Positions 1 through 12,571 of a stretch of DNA of 64,000 nucleotides are shown in pieces. Numbering within the stretch: the stretch's first letter is position 1; the number at the start of each line of letters is the position of its first letter. This stretch comes from Eledone cirrhosa (Eukaryota). The stretch lies in the NCBI GenBank assembly GCA_964016885.1, contig OZ024756.1, forward strand, positions 44,330,001 to 44,394,000, written 5' to 3'. The notes below the pieces were generated by a model. That model had not been told where the DNA came from. It was given only the letters and a program-made list of their open reading frames with translations, and ran no database searches. The position numbers and the translations under genes are program-made.

Positions 1-35
1 TAGTTTCAAGCTTGTTAGCTATCATCAGCACCGTT
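1..35 (-). ncRNA. Type I hammerhead ribozyme, family A (cut by window edge)
   Basis: Reverse complement reads AACGGUG CUGAUGA U AGCU AACA AGCU U GAAA CUA... Confidence 0.75.
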
Positions 36-269
36 TACCCATCTGCCAGATAGTTGAACGTTCGAAAGTATATACTTTCCTTATGAAAATTAACGGCTGA
101 GCAGCCTAATTTGCATATTGAGTGAGTTAAATCGGTCAGGCATTCCGAAAACGATAAGTTGAAAAAAATGAAAACGAAATTTCATTTCTCACTCTTAGTA
201 TGGCACTTACTTAAATGTAAGTATGTATGTATACGTACATACATATATGTATACAGACGTACAGTAGCA

Positions 270-338
<69 letters not shown>

Positions 339-504
339 ACACACATGCACACAGGTACACATACATATATGCACGCATCAGTTTAGCCGACGTTTATTAT
401 AACGCAGCTTTGTTCGTTTGTTTGTCAACAAACAGAACAGCCTGAATTTATGCCATACAGTGTTAAGGCAACCACGTCACCTTTTTGTTCAACACTGACA
501 CAGG

Positions 505-549
505 AACGATGTACTAGTTTCAAGCTTGTTAGCTATCATCGGCACCGTT
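505..549 (-). ncRNA. Type I hammerhead ribozyme, family A, core variant CCGAUGA
   Basis: Same as the other family A copies except U4>C in the core; stem I AACGGUG/CAUCGUU is intact. Confidence 0.8.
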
Positions 550-783
550 TACCCATCTGCCAGATAGTTGAACGTTCGAAAGTATATACTTTCCCTATGA
601 AAATTAACGGCTGAGCAGCCTAATTTGCATATTGAGTGAGTTAAATCGGTCAGGCATACCGAAAACGATAAGTTGAAAAAAATGAAAACGAAATTTCATT
701 TCTCACTCTTAGTATGGCACTTACTTAAATGTAAGTATGTATGTATACGTACATACATATATGTATACAGACGTACAGTAGCA

Positions 784-847
<64 letters not shown>

Positions 848-1094
848 TATACATATATATACACACATGCACACAGGTACACATACATATATGCACGCAT
901 CAGTTTAGCCGACGTTTATTATAACGCAGCTTTGTTAGTGAGAAATGAAATTTCGTTTTCATTTTTTTCAACTTATCGTTTTCGGTATGCCTGACCGATT
1001 TAACTCACTCAATATGCAAATTAGGCTGCTCAGCCGTTAATTTTCATAAGTAAAGTATATACTTTCGAACGTTCAACTATCTGGCAGATGGGTA

Positions 1095-1139
1095 AACGGT
1101 GCTGATGATAGCTAACAAGCTTGAAACTAGTACATCATT
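1095..1139 (+). ncRNA. Type I hammerhead ribozyme, family A
   Basis: AACGGUG CUGAUGA U AGCU AACA AGCU U GAAA CUAG UA CAUCAUU; canonical core, palindromic stem III (ACUAGU), one mismatch in stem I. Confidence 0.88.
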
Positions 1140-1305
1140 CCTGTGTCAGTGTTGAACAAAAAGGTGACGTGGTTGCCTTAACACCGTATGGCATAAATTC
1201 AGGCTGTTCTGTTTGTTGACAAACAAACGAACAAAGCTGCGTTATAATAAACGTCGGCTAAACTGATGCGTGCATATATGTATGTGTACCTGTGTGCATG
1301 TGTGT

Positions 1306-1359
<54 letters not shown>

Positions 1360-1608
1360 ATATATATATATGGATGCTACTGTACGTCTGTATACATATA
1401 TGTATGTACGTATACATACATACTTACATTTAAGTAAGTGCCATACTAAGAGTGATTAATGAAATTTCGTTTTCATTTTTTTCAACTTATCGTTTTCGGT
1501 ATGCCTGACCGATTTAACTCACTCAATATGCAAATTAGGATGCTCAGCCGTTAATTTTCATAAGGAAAGTATATACTTTCGAACGTTCAACTATCTGGCA
1601 GATGGGTA

Positions 1609-1653
1609 AACGGTGCTGATGATAGCTAACAAGCTTGAAACTAGTACATCGTT
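1609..1653 (+). ncRNA. Type I hammerhead ribozyme, family A (best copy)
   Basis: Stem I AACGGUG/CAUCGUU (7 bp), CUGAUGA, stem II AGCU/AGCU, GAAA, palindromic ACUAGU, GUA cleavage triplet. Confidence 0.9.
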
Positions 1654-1822
1654 CCTGTGTCAGTGTTGAACAAAAAGGTGACGTGGTTGCCTTAACACCG
1701 TATGGCATAAATTCAGGCTGTTCTGTTTGTTGACAAACAAACGAACAAAGCTGCGTTATAATAAACGTCGGCTAAACTGATGCGTGCATATATGTATGTG
1801 TACCTGTGTGCATGTGTGTATA

Positions 1823-1884
<62 letters not shown>

Positions 1885-1937
1885 TGGTACTGTACGTCTG
1901 TATACATATATGTATGTACGTATACATACATACTTAC

Positions 1938-1976
<39 letters not shown>

Positions 1977-1983
<7 letters not shown>

Positions 1984-2918
1984 TAAAATAACAGATTAAA
2001 GTTTAAGCAAAGAATCGCTGCTTTCACCCTTAACGGGATCTTCTGAAACTAACAAAGTCAATCTGTAAACGCAGAAGTGGATATTTCAAAAAACGTTGCA
2101 ACCGGAGGAAGACAGGAAGACGATACTTTGGTTCGTGGAAACGTTCCCTGGCAAAGAACGGGAAAAAACGAATATAATACGTCATTAATAGGAGCGGTGA
2201 AAAACAATTACGCGCAAAGACAGAACCACGTTTATGGTATAAAAGAGGTCGTAGACTAATGTTCTCTTAGGTGGTTCATAGAGAGGTTCTCTGGCAATGA
2301 ACGAAAAAACGAAGATAATACGTCATATGGGTAGCGTGGAGAACAATTGTACGAAAAGACAAAACCACGTAAATCGTATAGCAGAAGTCGTAGACTAAAA
2401 TTCTAACTAGGAGACCGAATGAATCTCCGCTTCAGAGTTAAGAACAAAGTAAATAAATACAATACAGAAGTAATAGAAGTAAATAAATACATACACGCAT
2501 ACAAATACGTACATACACAAGCATACGCGAAAACACTTACCATAGGTATACAAAACCACGCACATATAAATATGTGTGTGTGTGTATGCGTGTATACAAA
2601 TAAATAAATAATTAAATAAACGTATATAAATAAATAAATACGTATATAACAAGCGCACACACATACCTACATGTAAATACACAAATGTTCGGAGACGTAA
2701 GTCAACCAAAACATGAAGTACACATACACACACCCTACAAACGTACGAACCTGCATACACACACAAACGCAAAACACCCGCATACACATAACCAAACCAT
2801 ATGTACCAGAAAATATAAAATTATACGCCATAACATATACAATCAAATATACGTACGAGAAGGTATACATACCTTCACAAAATCTTTGGATTTTAGTCTT
2901 CAAATTTATTATTATTAC
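1977..2918 (-). mobile_element. Penelope-like family B 3' region/pseudo-LTR with a short inverted tail
   Basis: Reverse complement of about 51468-52370, which follows a GIY-YIG ORF. Segment 2883-2918 is an oppositely oriented piece of the pLTR end (compare 27407-27442). Abuts (TA)n at both ends. Confidence 0.85.
1991..2066 (-). ncRNA. Type I hammerhead ribozyme, family B (CAGAAGA core)
   Basis: ACAGAUUGA..AGUUU CAGAAGA U CCC GUUAA GGG U GAAA GCAG CGAUUCU UUGC UU AAACU UUAAUCUGU; all three helices pair. Confidence 0.8.
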
Positions 2919-4645
2919 TATATATATATATGTATATGTGTGTGTGTGTGTAAGGAGCTGGTATATTCCAATTACTTCTGTCATGATTAAAATGTTTTGT
3001 TCACATTTTTACATAAACATTTTATATGTTCTTATATATTTATTGATTTCACTGAAATATCGCTTTCCTTTGTTTAGTCAGCTTATTTAAATGTTGCAAA
3101 TGTTAGTGAAATTTCTTTTTTATTAAACCAGATAATTGATCCTTACCAGAAATAAACCTTTATCATAGAAATCACGAAAATACGGAGCAATCAGCGGAGA
3201 AGAAATGTCTAACTCCACTCACTCTTACCATTGTGTTCTTTATTTTCTCCCTTAATGTATTTACCATTGTCTTTCACAGAATCTTTATGAGCATAGATAC
3301 ATATGAATATATACATGTAGAATAAATATATAGAATAAATATACATACACACAAATACACACATCTGCTGTATATAGTAAATCTACACATATCGATTAAA
3401 TATATGTATATATGTATGTGTGTATGTGTGAGAGGGAGAGGGAGAGAGAGAGATTCCCAAACGAATATATCACTTAGATATGTATGCAAACACACACATC
3501 TATATATACGTGCAAACATACACACGTGTGGTTATTAATCTCACATATACACACATATAGAATATGTATAGAAACTCAGTGATATAGATACACACTCACA
3601 CAACACACAAACACACAGAAATAGCAGTGACAATTAAAAGCACAAATATGTACACACGTACACCCACAATCACACAAACTAACAGTGACATATATACACA
3701 CACAATCACACAGTTTGTATTTAATTTCACCTTTTGCAGCTCACAAATACACACATGTGTTTCATATCGACTTACACTCACACTCTTTCACTATATCATT
3801 AGTTCTACTTTTCTTTCTTATACATACTATATTGATGAAGTCATAGTTATAATATTTAATATCAGCTAAATATATACATACACGTTTCATTAACAATTCT
3901 AAAAGCACTAAATGCACAGTGATAAAACCAACAACATTAGTATCGTTCATGACAGCTACTATCGTCTCTGTCACCATTTCTGGCAAATATACCACAAGCA
4001 TCCATGCTAACACTTGCAATAATACCATCACCCCTCCTATCATCACCCGTAATATTAATTTATATTTTAGACACAATGACAGCAATTTATGGGAAGCGAA
4101 TACCAATAATACCGACACCAATAATTTATTACTAAATTATTTTATCAATCTCGAAAGGATCAAAGTTAAAGTTGACACGGTAGGATTTGAACTCTGAATG
4201 GGAAAAGTCAGAAGAAATATTGTTAATCCAGTGCCATAACATCACTTATAATAACGGTTTCTACGTCTTGCACAAGATCAGCAAATCTTTTGGGGGGTGG
4301 GTGGAGGGTAAGTCGATTAAATAGACCCCAGTAGTACTTTACTGGGACATTATTTTATCGAGCTCGGGTGTATTCCAACTGATTACGACAGAATTATTAC
4401 TTCTGCCACATTGAATCCAACGAAAATTGCAATGAGAATAAAATTCTTGGGGCGGATTATCGAAACATCTGGTCTCATATTTGCAGTGTGTTATACAACA
4501 GTAGTAATATTTCACTCTCCAAAAGTGAAACTACAAAAATACAGAAAGAAGATGTAGTCCTCGTTTCTCTCTTGTGTCATATCTTCAACGTGGTCCGAAT
4601 TTGAAATTCTGACTTAGTATGTACTACTAGCAATACAAATATTGG

Positions 4646-4718
<73 letters not shown>

Positions 4719-5048
4719 TAGTGTCTGTGTGTGTGTGTGTGAATACAAATATACATACGTGTATATATATATATATAAGAATGTATGTATGTATATATTT
4801 ATATATGTGTTTGTGTGTGTCTGTTTGGATGTGTGAGTACCTGAATGCATATAAGTATGTGTGTGTGTACAACTGCGTGCCAGTCAATGGTTGCACGTTA
4901 AACTAGTGGCTAGGATAAACATTACTTCTGTTTGTCTATCTAATTGCTACTTAATGGATTTGGTGTATTCTATAGCTGACATTATCAAGCTGGTTTGTGG
5001 AATAATAATATCATAGGACGGCATGTACAAATACACACACACGCGCGC

Positions 5049-5144
<96 letters not shown>

Positions 5145-5265
5145 TTACGTAATTAGTATGTGTGTATATATATATGTATCCATTTTGGCAGTTATAAAAA
5201 TATATTTTAGTGGTCATATATTATAGTTTAGACATGCACACATACGCACACACATACGTAGACGC

Positions 5266-5311
<46 letters not shown>

Positions 5312-5437
5312 GTATTTGTGTCCATATATCTTTCGTGCGTTAAACACCATTCAGCAAGATTAGTAAATTGTTCTTTTTATAGAAGCATATTTTCTAACTA
5401 TATATATATATAATAATATATTTAGTCTTTTTTGCAG

Positions 5438-5654
5438 GGAAATAATAGAGTCATAACCTCCAATTATTCTGTATTTCACATGAATAGACACGAAACTCCT
5501 TGTTTCACTCTAGTTGCCATTCGGAAGGCTCTCGTTCTGCTTGTCACGTTCCCTCACGCAGAGGCAGTATTCTACGAGAACAAAAATGGATTTAACAATA
5601 TGCAAGATATAGCTGATTTTGTTAGTGAATTTTACCTACAGCACGACAGTAAAA
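5438..5654 (+). CDS. Candidate isolated exon of an unknown gene
   Basis: Polypyrimidine tract with ttgcag acceptor at 5437, an open non-repetitive frame (GNNRVITSNYSVF...DFVSEFYLQHDSK), and a possible gtaatt donor at 5655. No homology recognised. Confidence 0.3.
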
Positions 5655-6011
5655 GTAATTGGTTCAGCTAATAAATGCATAGATATGTCTCTGGTTAAAA
5701 CATAGTAATCTTGCAGAATCATGCTGACTATGTGTTTTGTAAATTATAGAAATATTGTAAATATTCATTGACATAGGTAAGGGTGTGGTAATGACCGGAT
5801 CAACACAACTCTGACCAAATGCATCACAATTATTAGTTGCAGCACTATATATTCTGAGTTTAAATTCTATCAAGGTCGACATCGTTTTATTTTTTATTTT
5901 CCAATGGGCAGAATTTTTAAATGAAATGCCAATCAATAAAAGGTTCAATGTAATTGATATTTATAGGAGTCTATGAGTGAAATAATTTATTTTCATTTAT
6001 ATATATATATA

Positions 6012-6510
6012 AGGGATAGCAAAATATCGTTATAGGTAATCCAGTTAGAGGTTGTGAATACTTCTTATTATCGATAGTTTTAGCGTACGGCATCGTTTGA
6101 CTCCACAAGAGGTTTCCGTAGATGGCGAGTTTATGATTTAACTTGTATTCCTATGTAAGTTTATCTTGGAGTAATAAAATTGAAAAAGTGAAGAATAACA
6201 TGGTCAACAGTACAAAAAAAAAGGGATTTATTTACAGTCTGACAATTGTTTTACTGATTAAGTTGTCTAAAAATTGCTGAACACTAGAAGCAGTGCCACT
6301 CAATTTTAAATACGATGTTAGCTTAATCAGATCATCGGAGATCATCCGATGATCTGATTAAGCTAACATCGTATTTAAAATTGAGTGGCACTGCTTCTAG
6401 TGTTCAGCAATTTTTAGACAACTTAATCAGTAAAACAATTGTCAGACTGTAAATAAATCCCTTTTTTTTTGTACTGTTGACCATGTTATTCTTCACTTTT
6501 TCAATTTTAT
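6012..6510. mobile_element. Penelope-like pLTR fold-back insertion in (TA)n
   Basis: Perfect inverted repeat 6174-6339 / 6345-6510 (166-bp arms, 5-nt spacer GATCA), a hammerhead motif in each arm, (TA)n flanks. Confidence 0.75.
6345..6448 (+). ncRNA. Degenerate hammerhead with long stem II (mirror copy at 6236-6340 on minus)
   Basis: CCGAUGA U CUGAUUAAG...CUUAAUCAG U AAAA CAAUUG UC AGACU; U4C and G12A changes, palindromic stem III, 5' strand of stem I mostly lost at the fold-back point. Confidence 0.65.
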
Positions 6511-6623
6511 ATATATATATATATATATATAGTATGTGTGAGACAGAGAGAGTCATTATTTCTTTCGAATGAAACAGTTCTAGGCCGGTAAAAGCCATTT
6601 CTATAGTAAAGTATATATATATA

Positions 6624-7200
6624 CTGACACCCCAGCGAACTAACCATATTCATTGAACCAGAACAATTCTCCCAATCCCATTTCTCTTGACCACTATCTT
6701 TCCATTGTCATAACATTCTCTATAAAGGCTACAGAATAGATTTCCAAATAAGGGCGCAAAAATGTAATGAAAACTTGTTCACGTGACAGCAAAATTTCAT
6801 TTATAACCAATCAAATCACGTTTATTAAAAAAAAGCCTTCGTGAGCCACCTTTTTTTAAAGTAAAGAAATTCAAACACACACACACACAACACACGCACG
6901 CACACAAATAAATATACATATCTTTACTTTCTTTATTCAATAGAAAATCTGAATTCTGACACCCCAGCGAACTAACCATATTCACTGAACCAGAACAATT
7001 CTCCCATCCCTTTCTCTTGACCATTATCTTTCACTTATCACAAAATTCTCTAAAAAGGCTACAGAATGGATTTCCAAATAAGAACACGAAATTTTAATGA
7101 AAACTTGTTCACGTGACAACCATAATTTCATTTATAACCAACCAAAAGAAAGCCTTTGTGAGCCCCTTTTTTCAAGTAAAAAGAAATTCAAACACTCATA
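6624..7200 (+). repeat. Local tandem duplication, about 333-bp unit
   Basis: ctgacaccccagcgaactaaccatattca at about 6624 and 6957, with similarity continuing downstream. Confidence 0.8.
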
Positions 7201-7697
7201 TATGAAAAAACAACCTGTGACAACCCCCCCCCCTCTTATTTGAAGAACTATTGTAACGCGAACTGGCGCGAAATTTATTATAATTATTGACAAACCAATC
7301 AAATTACTTCTCGAAGAACCTGGCATTTCGAGCCACTTTTTCCATATAAAACAAGTAACATTCAGAGACCAACCAGATGTGAGAAAAACTACAGACCCTC
7401 CATCTCAACTCACCTTTTGAAAAGCAGAAGAACTGCGAAACCGGTAAAGGAACCAAATAAATATATATATATTTTTTTTTAAAATAAGACTCCAGTTGCA
7501 TTTTCGATTTCATCTCTTTTTCTTTATACTTTTACTCGTGTAGGACACCTCCGTTATTTTTCATTTTGTAAAAAAAACCTCACTTTCTAATATATATATA
7601 TATATATATATATGAATGGATATACATGTGCATGTGTAATTGTATATGCGTTGGTATGGATGTGTTTTTGTCTCCGTGTGTGTGGTGTGTGGTGTGT

Positions 7698-7802
<105 letters not shown>

Positions 7803-8111
7803 CTTTACAAACTGGAGAAAGAAAAAATAATATGTATATTCAAACGTCTGAACTCATTCGGCGAAGTTTAACTCCATTGCTATTTAGAAATAATTCTGTC
7901 TCTCTCGAATCCTTCAGGCGACAGAAGGATTATTGTTTTCCCTGGCATTTATTATGCTGCATCTCACCCACGATAATGTTACTCAGTTATGACAACTCGA
8001 AATAATATTGAATTATTCCTAGTTTCTCTCTCTAAAAATGCATCTTCATGGCTGACTGAGCCTGTAGATGGTGTAAATACGTTATACACACACTGGAGTA
8101 TGGCCTAAAGT

Positions 8112-8222
<111 letters not shown>

Positions 8223-10595
8223 ATAACTACATGTGTATATGTATGTATGTGTGCGTGTTTTGCATCCCGGGTTCAATAGGGGGTAACCACAGCTAGTAAG
8301 GTACTCAATATATAGAGTATATACAATGTTTAATATAGAAATGGCTCTCTCTATATATGAGTACAAGTCAGTTACTGTTGTCGATATAATTGATTGCTCC
8401 CCAATTGCTGGCCTCGTGTCTAAATTAGAAATCATTATCAAAATTGTTTTTTCAATTAATTAAAATATCTTTGTTTACACTTTATCAGGCCAATGTCATC
8501 ATTTAAACAGAAGCTAATTTTTAGGGCGGGGTTGGGGGTACACAAAAACATATCATCCAGAATCTACAACTTCTCAAATGAATTTCCATGAACATATCGG
8601 TATTCTTCCTTTATACAGACGATCTGTTGACACAGAAAGTTATCCTCGTACTTGAACAAAACTATCTAATAAATATTCAAACCCAAACTACCTTTCACCA
8701 ATTTCTTTACATACTAGCAACAGATGTGTACACACATGGAAGCTTATCGCACAAAACTCTAAACATGTTTTTTTTTTAATCTATATAATTATGTATATAC
8801 ACACATTATGTATATACACACAAGCCATTTGTTTTATTTATACACACGTGAGTCGAACTTCCTGCTTTTTCTCCCCCCAAAACTGTCTAATTATATTCCT
8901 AAAAATGAAAGCCTATCTTATTAATTATATTTATCAAATTAAAAATTAGTTTCAAAATATTGAATGTCAATTAAAACAATAACAGCTAAACAAACAAAAA
9001 ACATGAACACACAAACACGTTAAAATCTAATTACCACTAAAGTGTTTGATGGCAAAAAGATATCTAAAACAAATACATTGAGAGGATAACGAACTAGACA
9101 TTTGCGTCATACCAGTTATATTATGTTGATATTACACGAATATAAAGAATGAAGTAATTATTTAGGAATTTCTATTTAATCTTGGAGGTGTATCAGGAAT
9201 AATTATTCAAGAAATGAAATACTAGAAATTCAACAAACATCATTCACTGAAGTCTATTATTAAAAGTAATGTTTTGAAGAGATAAGATTCTATGTTAACG
9301 CTGCTGTAGTATGTCACAAATGATTGTGTATATATATATATGCGCATACATTAAATGCATACCTACGTGTGTATGTGGTTGTGTGTTTTCTTCCAAATGT
9401 CTTGACTAAAGCAGATTACACACAGCTCTACTGTATAACAAGCTAAGACGAAAAGAGTGAGGTTATGGTTAGGATGATATTATTGATTTAACAGATTCTA
9501 AATACAGAGATGTTCAGGTTAAGTGGTAGGAGAGAGAGAAAGAGAGGGACTGATTGAAAAGAAGAGAGAAGGAATGAGATAGACTTTCATATATGTTGGT
9601 GATGTGTTTGTGTAGTCGAGACAGACGGATGTAGGAATTTATAGAACAGAAAACTAACTGAAGGGTTCAAATGCTACACAGGTGGACAGAAAGACATTTT
9701 TCACTTTTATGTCTTGTGTTGTGCATGTATATATATATATAATTATATGTGAATATATACATAATTATATGTGTATATGTGTATATATACATAATTATAT
9801 GTGTATATATATACATAATTATATGTGTATATATATACATAATTATATGTGTATATATATATATACATAATTATATGTGTATATATATATACATAATTAT
9901 ATGCGTATATATATACATAATTATATATATATACAATTATATATATATATATATATATCCTAAACGGACGGTAGTCCGTTTAGTAATATTGCTATGGTCG
10001 TGTTTTCGTTTGCAATCGTCTGTTTACGACAGAACAGCGCGGCTCTACTTTATTTAACTGAGATAAAACTTATATGAGCATAAACAGTAGATCATTACGC
10101 ATCTTTTGGCTTAAAAATCTAGAAATTTGGTCCAGCGGGAAAAAGTTTATAATCAAAGTTTGCTGATAAATCTTGTGTTCAAGTGAGTGAGTAGTAAGCG
10201 TGACGCTAGGGGAGGTAATCCAGAAATGACGACGTTTGGAAAAGTTTAATTACTGCATGAAATAAATGATTCAAAAATTGAACTTGCCCAATCTTCACAA
10301 CATTGAAAATTGGTCAAAATTTGACAAATCTGACTTCAAACCAGATATGATTCATTTGAACAATATTGGAAATCTTAAATTGACACAAATTTTTGCCAAT
10401 GTTTTTGCCACCTGATCCTTGTTCTATGGCTGACTGACTAATTTTGTGACTTAATAAAATGTCATCATACTAGTAATGCACAATGGTCATTTTTAAATTT
10501 AAATTTTATTAAATAGTTGTTGCTTGCATTGCCTTAAAATAGTAACAAGAATGTACACATACTTTTTAAAAATACATCATTATCAGTCAAATCAG

Positions 10596-10956
10596 TCAAA
10601 TGTCACTAAAAGCCAGGTGGTCGATAACAACTTCTATAAGATTAGTTACATGCTCACACATTGGATCACCTCTCATCAATGGCATTGGGTGTCTGAGATA
10701 ATCGTGGAGATAACTGATGAAGTCACAAATGAAGTGATGGTCTTCCAGTGTGAACAACTCCCTATATCCATTGATATATGTGATGGCTTCCGATTCATAG
10801 GTGCATTGTATGAGGAATTCCATGCATCCGATTTTCAGTGATTCAATGGGCATTTTATCAGAGATGATAAGGTATTTGACCACGTTTTGCATTGTAAGTA
10901 AATTGGAGAGAATCACTGCAGTCAAAGTCATTTCTTTGCATGGGTTTTTGTCCATT
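10596..10956 (-). CDS. Candidate terminal exon or 119-aa ORF of an unknown helical protein, possibly a transposon accessory gene
   Basis: Protein-like, non-repetitive ORF preceded on the minus strand by ctttatcattttaactttttag (acceptor). Lies between a terminal hairpin at 9960 and a TIR element. Confidence 0.4.
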
Positions 10957-11228
10957 CTAAAAAGTTAAAATGATAAAGTATTACTACTATATAACTTACA
11001 TCTATTGTTGTAACACCATTGAAATGCACAAGTTTCACCAATTCACTATTATGCACTAATCATCTCAAATGCATTCATGATTTACTAGCTTTGTCATTAA
11101 GCCAGTTGCCTCAACTAGATTGCAATTATAATCAAAAGAACTTTAAAATGTCAATCACTTGTCAGTAATTCACTATGATCATTTAATTATTAGATAGTTG
11201 TTGCTTGCATTGCCTTAAAAAATAGTAG

Positions 11229-12322
11229 ACCAGATAGAAAAATGCGTACAGCCAAAAAAAGTAATATTGATGGAATATAAACCTTTAAAAATACAGGACA
11301 AGAAACTAAAATAAAACTTTAAAAGAATAGGACAAGAAACTAAGATAAAACTTTAAAAGAATAGGACAAGAAACTAAGATAAAACTTTAAAGAATTGGAC
11401 AAGAAATAAAAAATTTTACAATAATATTAGTGGCAACATTTTTTTATTCGTTTCCTGTGCTATGCCCCAGTATCTTCTTGATTAGTGCATAATAATTGTC
11501 ATGCTCTCATTGTGCGTTGCCCCTGAGCGGTTGGTTCTGGTTGGGGTTGGTTGGCTGAGCAGTTCTGCTCCGTCAGAATGACCATTGCAAGAAGAATTGG
11601 CCGATGGAGCTGCAGGTCTCCTCCAAGAATTCACTTCTGGTCCCGCAACACCAGACGAAGATGGAGAAGACGACCGGGACAAGATGTCGACTCTGACCAC
11701 CGACTACGGCACCTCCCTCAACCACCGGTCCTCCCTCCCTCTGTCCCGTCATCCCTCCAGTCCACCTGCTCCCCCTTCCTGTACCAGAAAGCTGTGGCAC
11801 GCATTCATCTGGACTGTCGGACTTGAACTCAAGGACAAGATGCAAGGAGAAGATGGACGGGTTGGTCAAGATCAAGGATGAGCGGGACGACAAGACCGTC
11901 CCCTGCTGCTCAAGATCTGTGCTCATGGGCCCATGGGTCCATTCACATTATGCATGATACATGAGGCATGTCGCCGAATGATGAAATAGGGGTATGGTTA
12001 TGGCCCAATTGGTGTTCAAACCAGGATCAAATGATCCCCCGGTCTGACGACGACCTCTGAATGTGGAACCCAGAGCCTATGAATGTGGAACTCGATTTTT
12101 TACCAATAAAAATTTTGCCACTAATATTATTGTAAAATGTTTTATTCCTTGTCCAATTCTTTAAAGTTTTATCTTAGTTTCTTGTCCTATTCTTTTAAAG
12201 TTTTATCTTAGTTTCTTGTCCTATTCTTTTAAAGTCTTATTTTAGTTTCTTGTCCTGTATTTTTAAAGGTTTATATTCCAACAATATAACTTTTTTTTGC
12301 TGTACGCATTTTTCTATCTGGT
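11229..12322. mobile_element. Non-autonomous DNA transposon with about 215-bp TIRs containing 34-bp tandem subrepeats and a GC-rich core
   Basis: accagatagaaaaatgcgtacagc... at 11229 is the reverse complement of ...gctgtacgcatttttctatctggt at 12322. Both arms carry aaaactttaaaagaataggacaagaaactaagat repeats. Confidence 0.85.
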
Positions 12323-12344
12323 ATATATATATATATATATATAT

Positions 12345-12571
12345 ATTTATTAAAATAACAGATTAAAGTTTAAGAAAAGAATCGCTGCTTTCACCCTTAA
12401 CAGGATCTTCTGAAACTAACAAAGTCAATCTGTAAACGCAGAAGTGGATATTTCAAAAAACGTTGCAACCGGAGGAAGACAGGAAGACGATACTTTGGTT
12501 CGTGGAAACGTTCCCTGGCAAAGAACGGGAAAAAACGAATATAATACGTCATTAATAGGAGCGGTGAAAAA
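12345..12571 (-). mobile_element. Penelope-like family B pLTR fragment
   Basis: Near-identical to 1977-2205; flanked by (TA)n on both sides. Confidence 0.85.
12358..12433 (-). ncRNA. Hammerhead ribozyme, family B
   Basis: CAGAAGA core, stem II CCU/GGG, one substitution breaking a stem III pair. Confidence 0.72.

Larger units (their letters stand above)
1..1941. mobile_element. Tandem and inverted array of a 514-bp non-coding unit, each carrying a hammerhead ribozyme (retrozyme-like or Penelope pLTR array, family A)
   Basis: Unit repeats at 1/515 and, inverted, at 1095/1609 (period 514). Orientation flips at 936/937. Each unit has an internal (TA)n tract and one HHR. The array ends in (TA)n at 1941 and runs off the left edge. 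Confidence 0.85.

Noticed and set aside
2077-2259. Repeated 60-aa ORF MDISKNVATGG... (also at 12444 and 52088)
   Set aside because: Antisense to the Penelope pLTR and starts at GTG; it recurs only because the repeat recurs.
6060-6105. HHR-like CAAACGA..AAAA-CUAUCGAUA on the minus strand
   Set aside because: Several core mismatches and no convincing stem I.
11285-11410. 34-bp tandem repeats resembling a CRISPR array
   Set aside because: No spacers, eukaryotic context, and mirrored in the opposite TIR.
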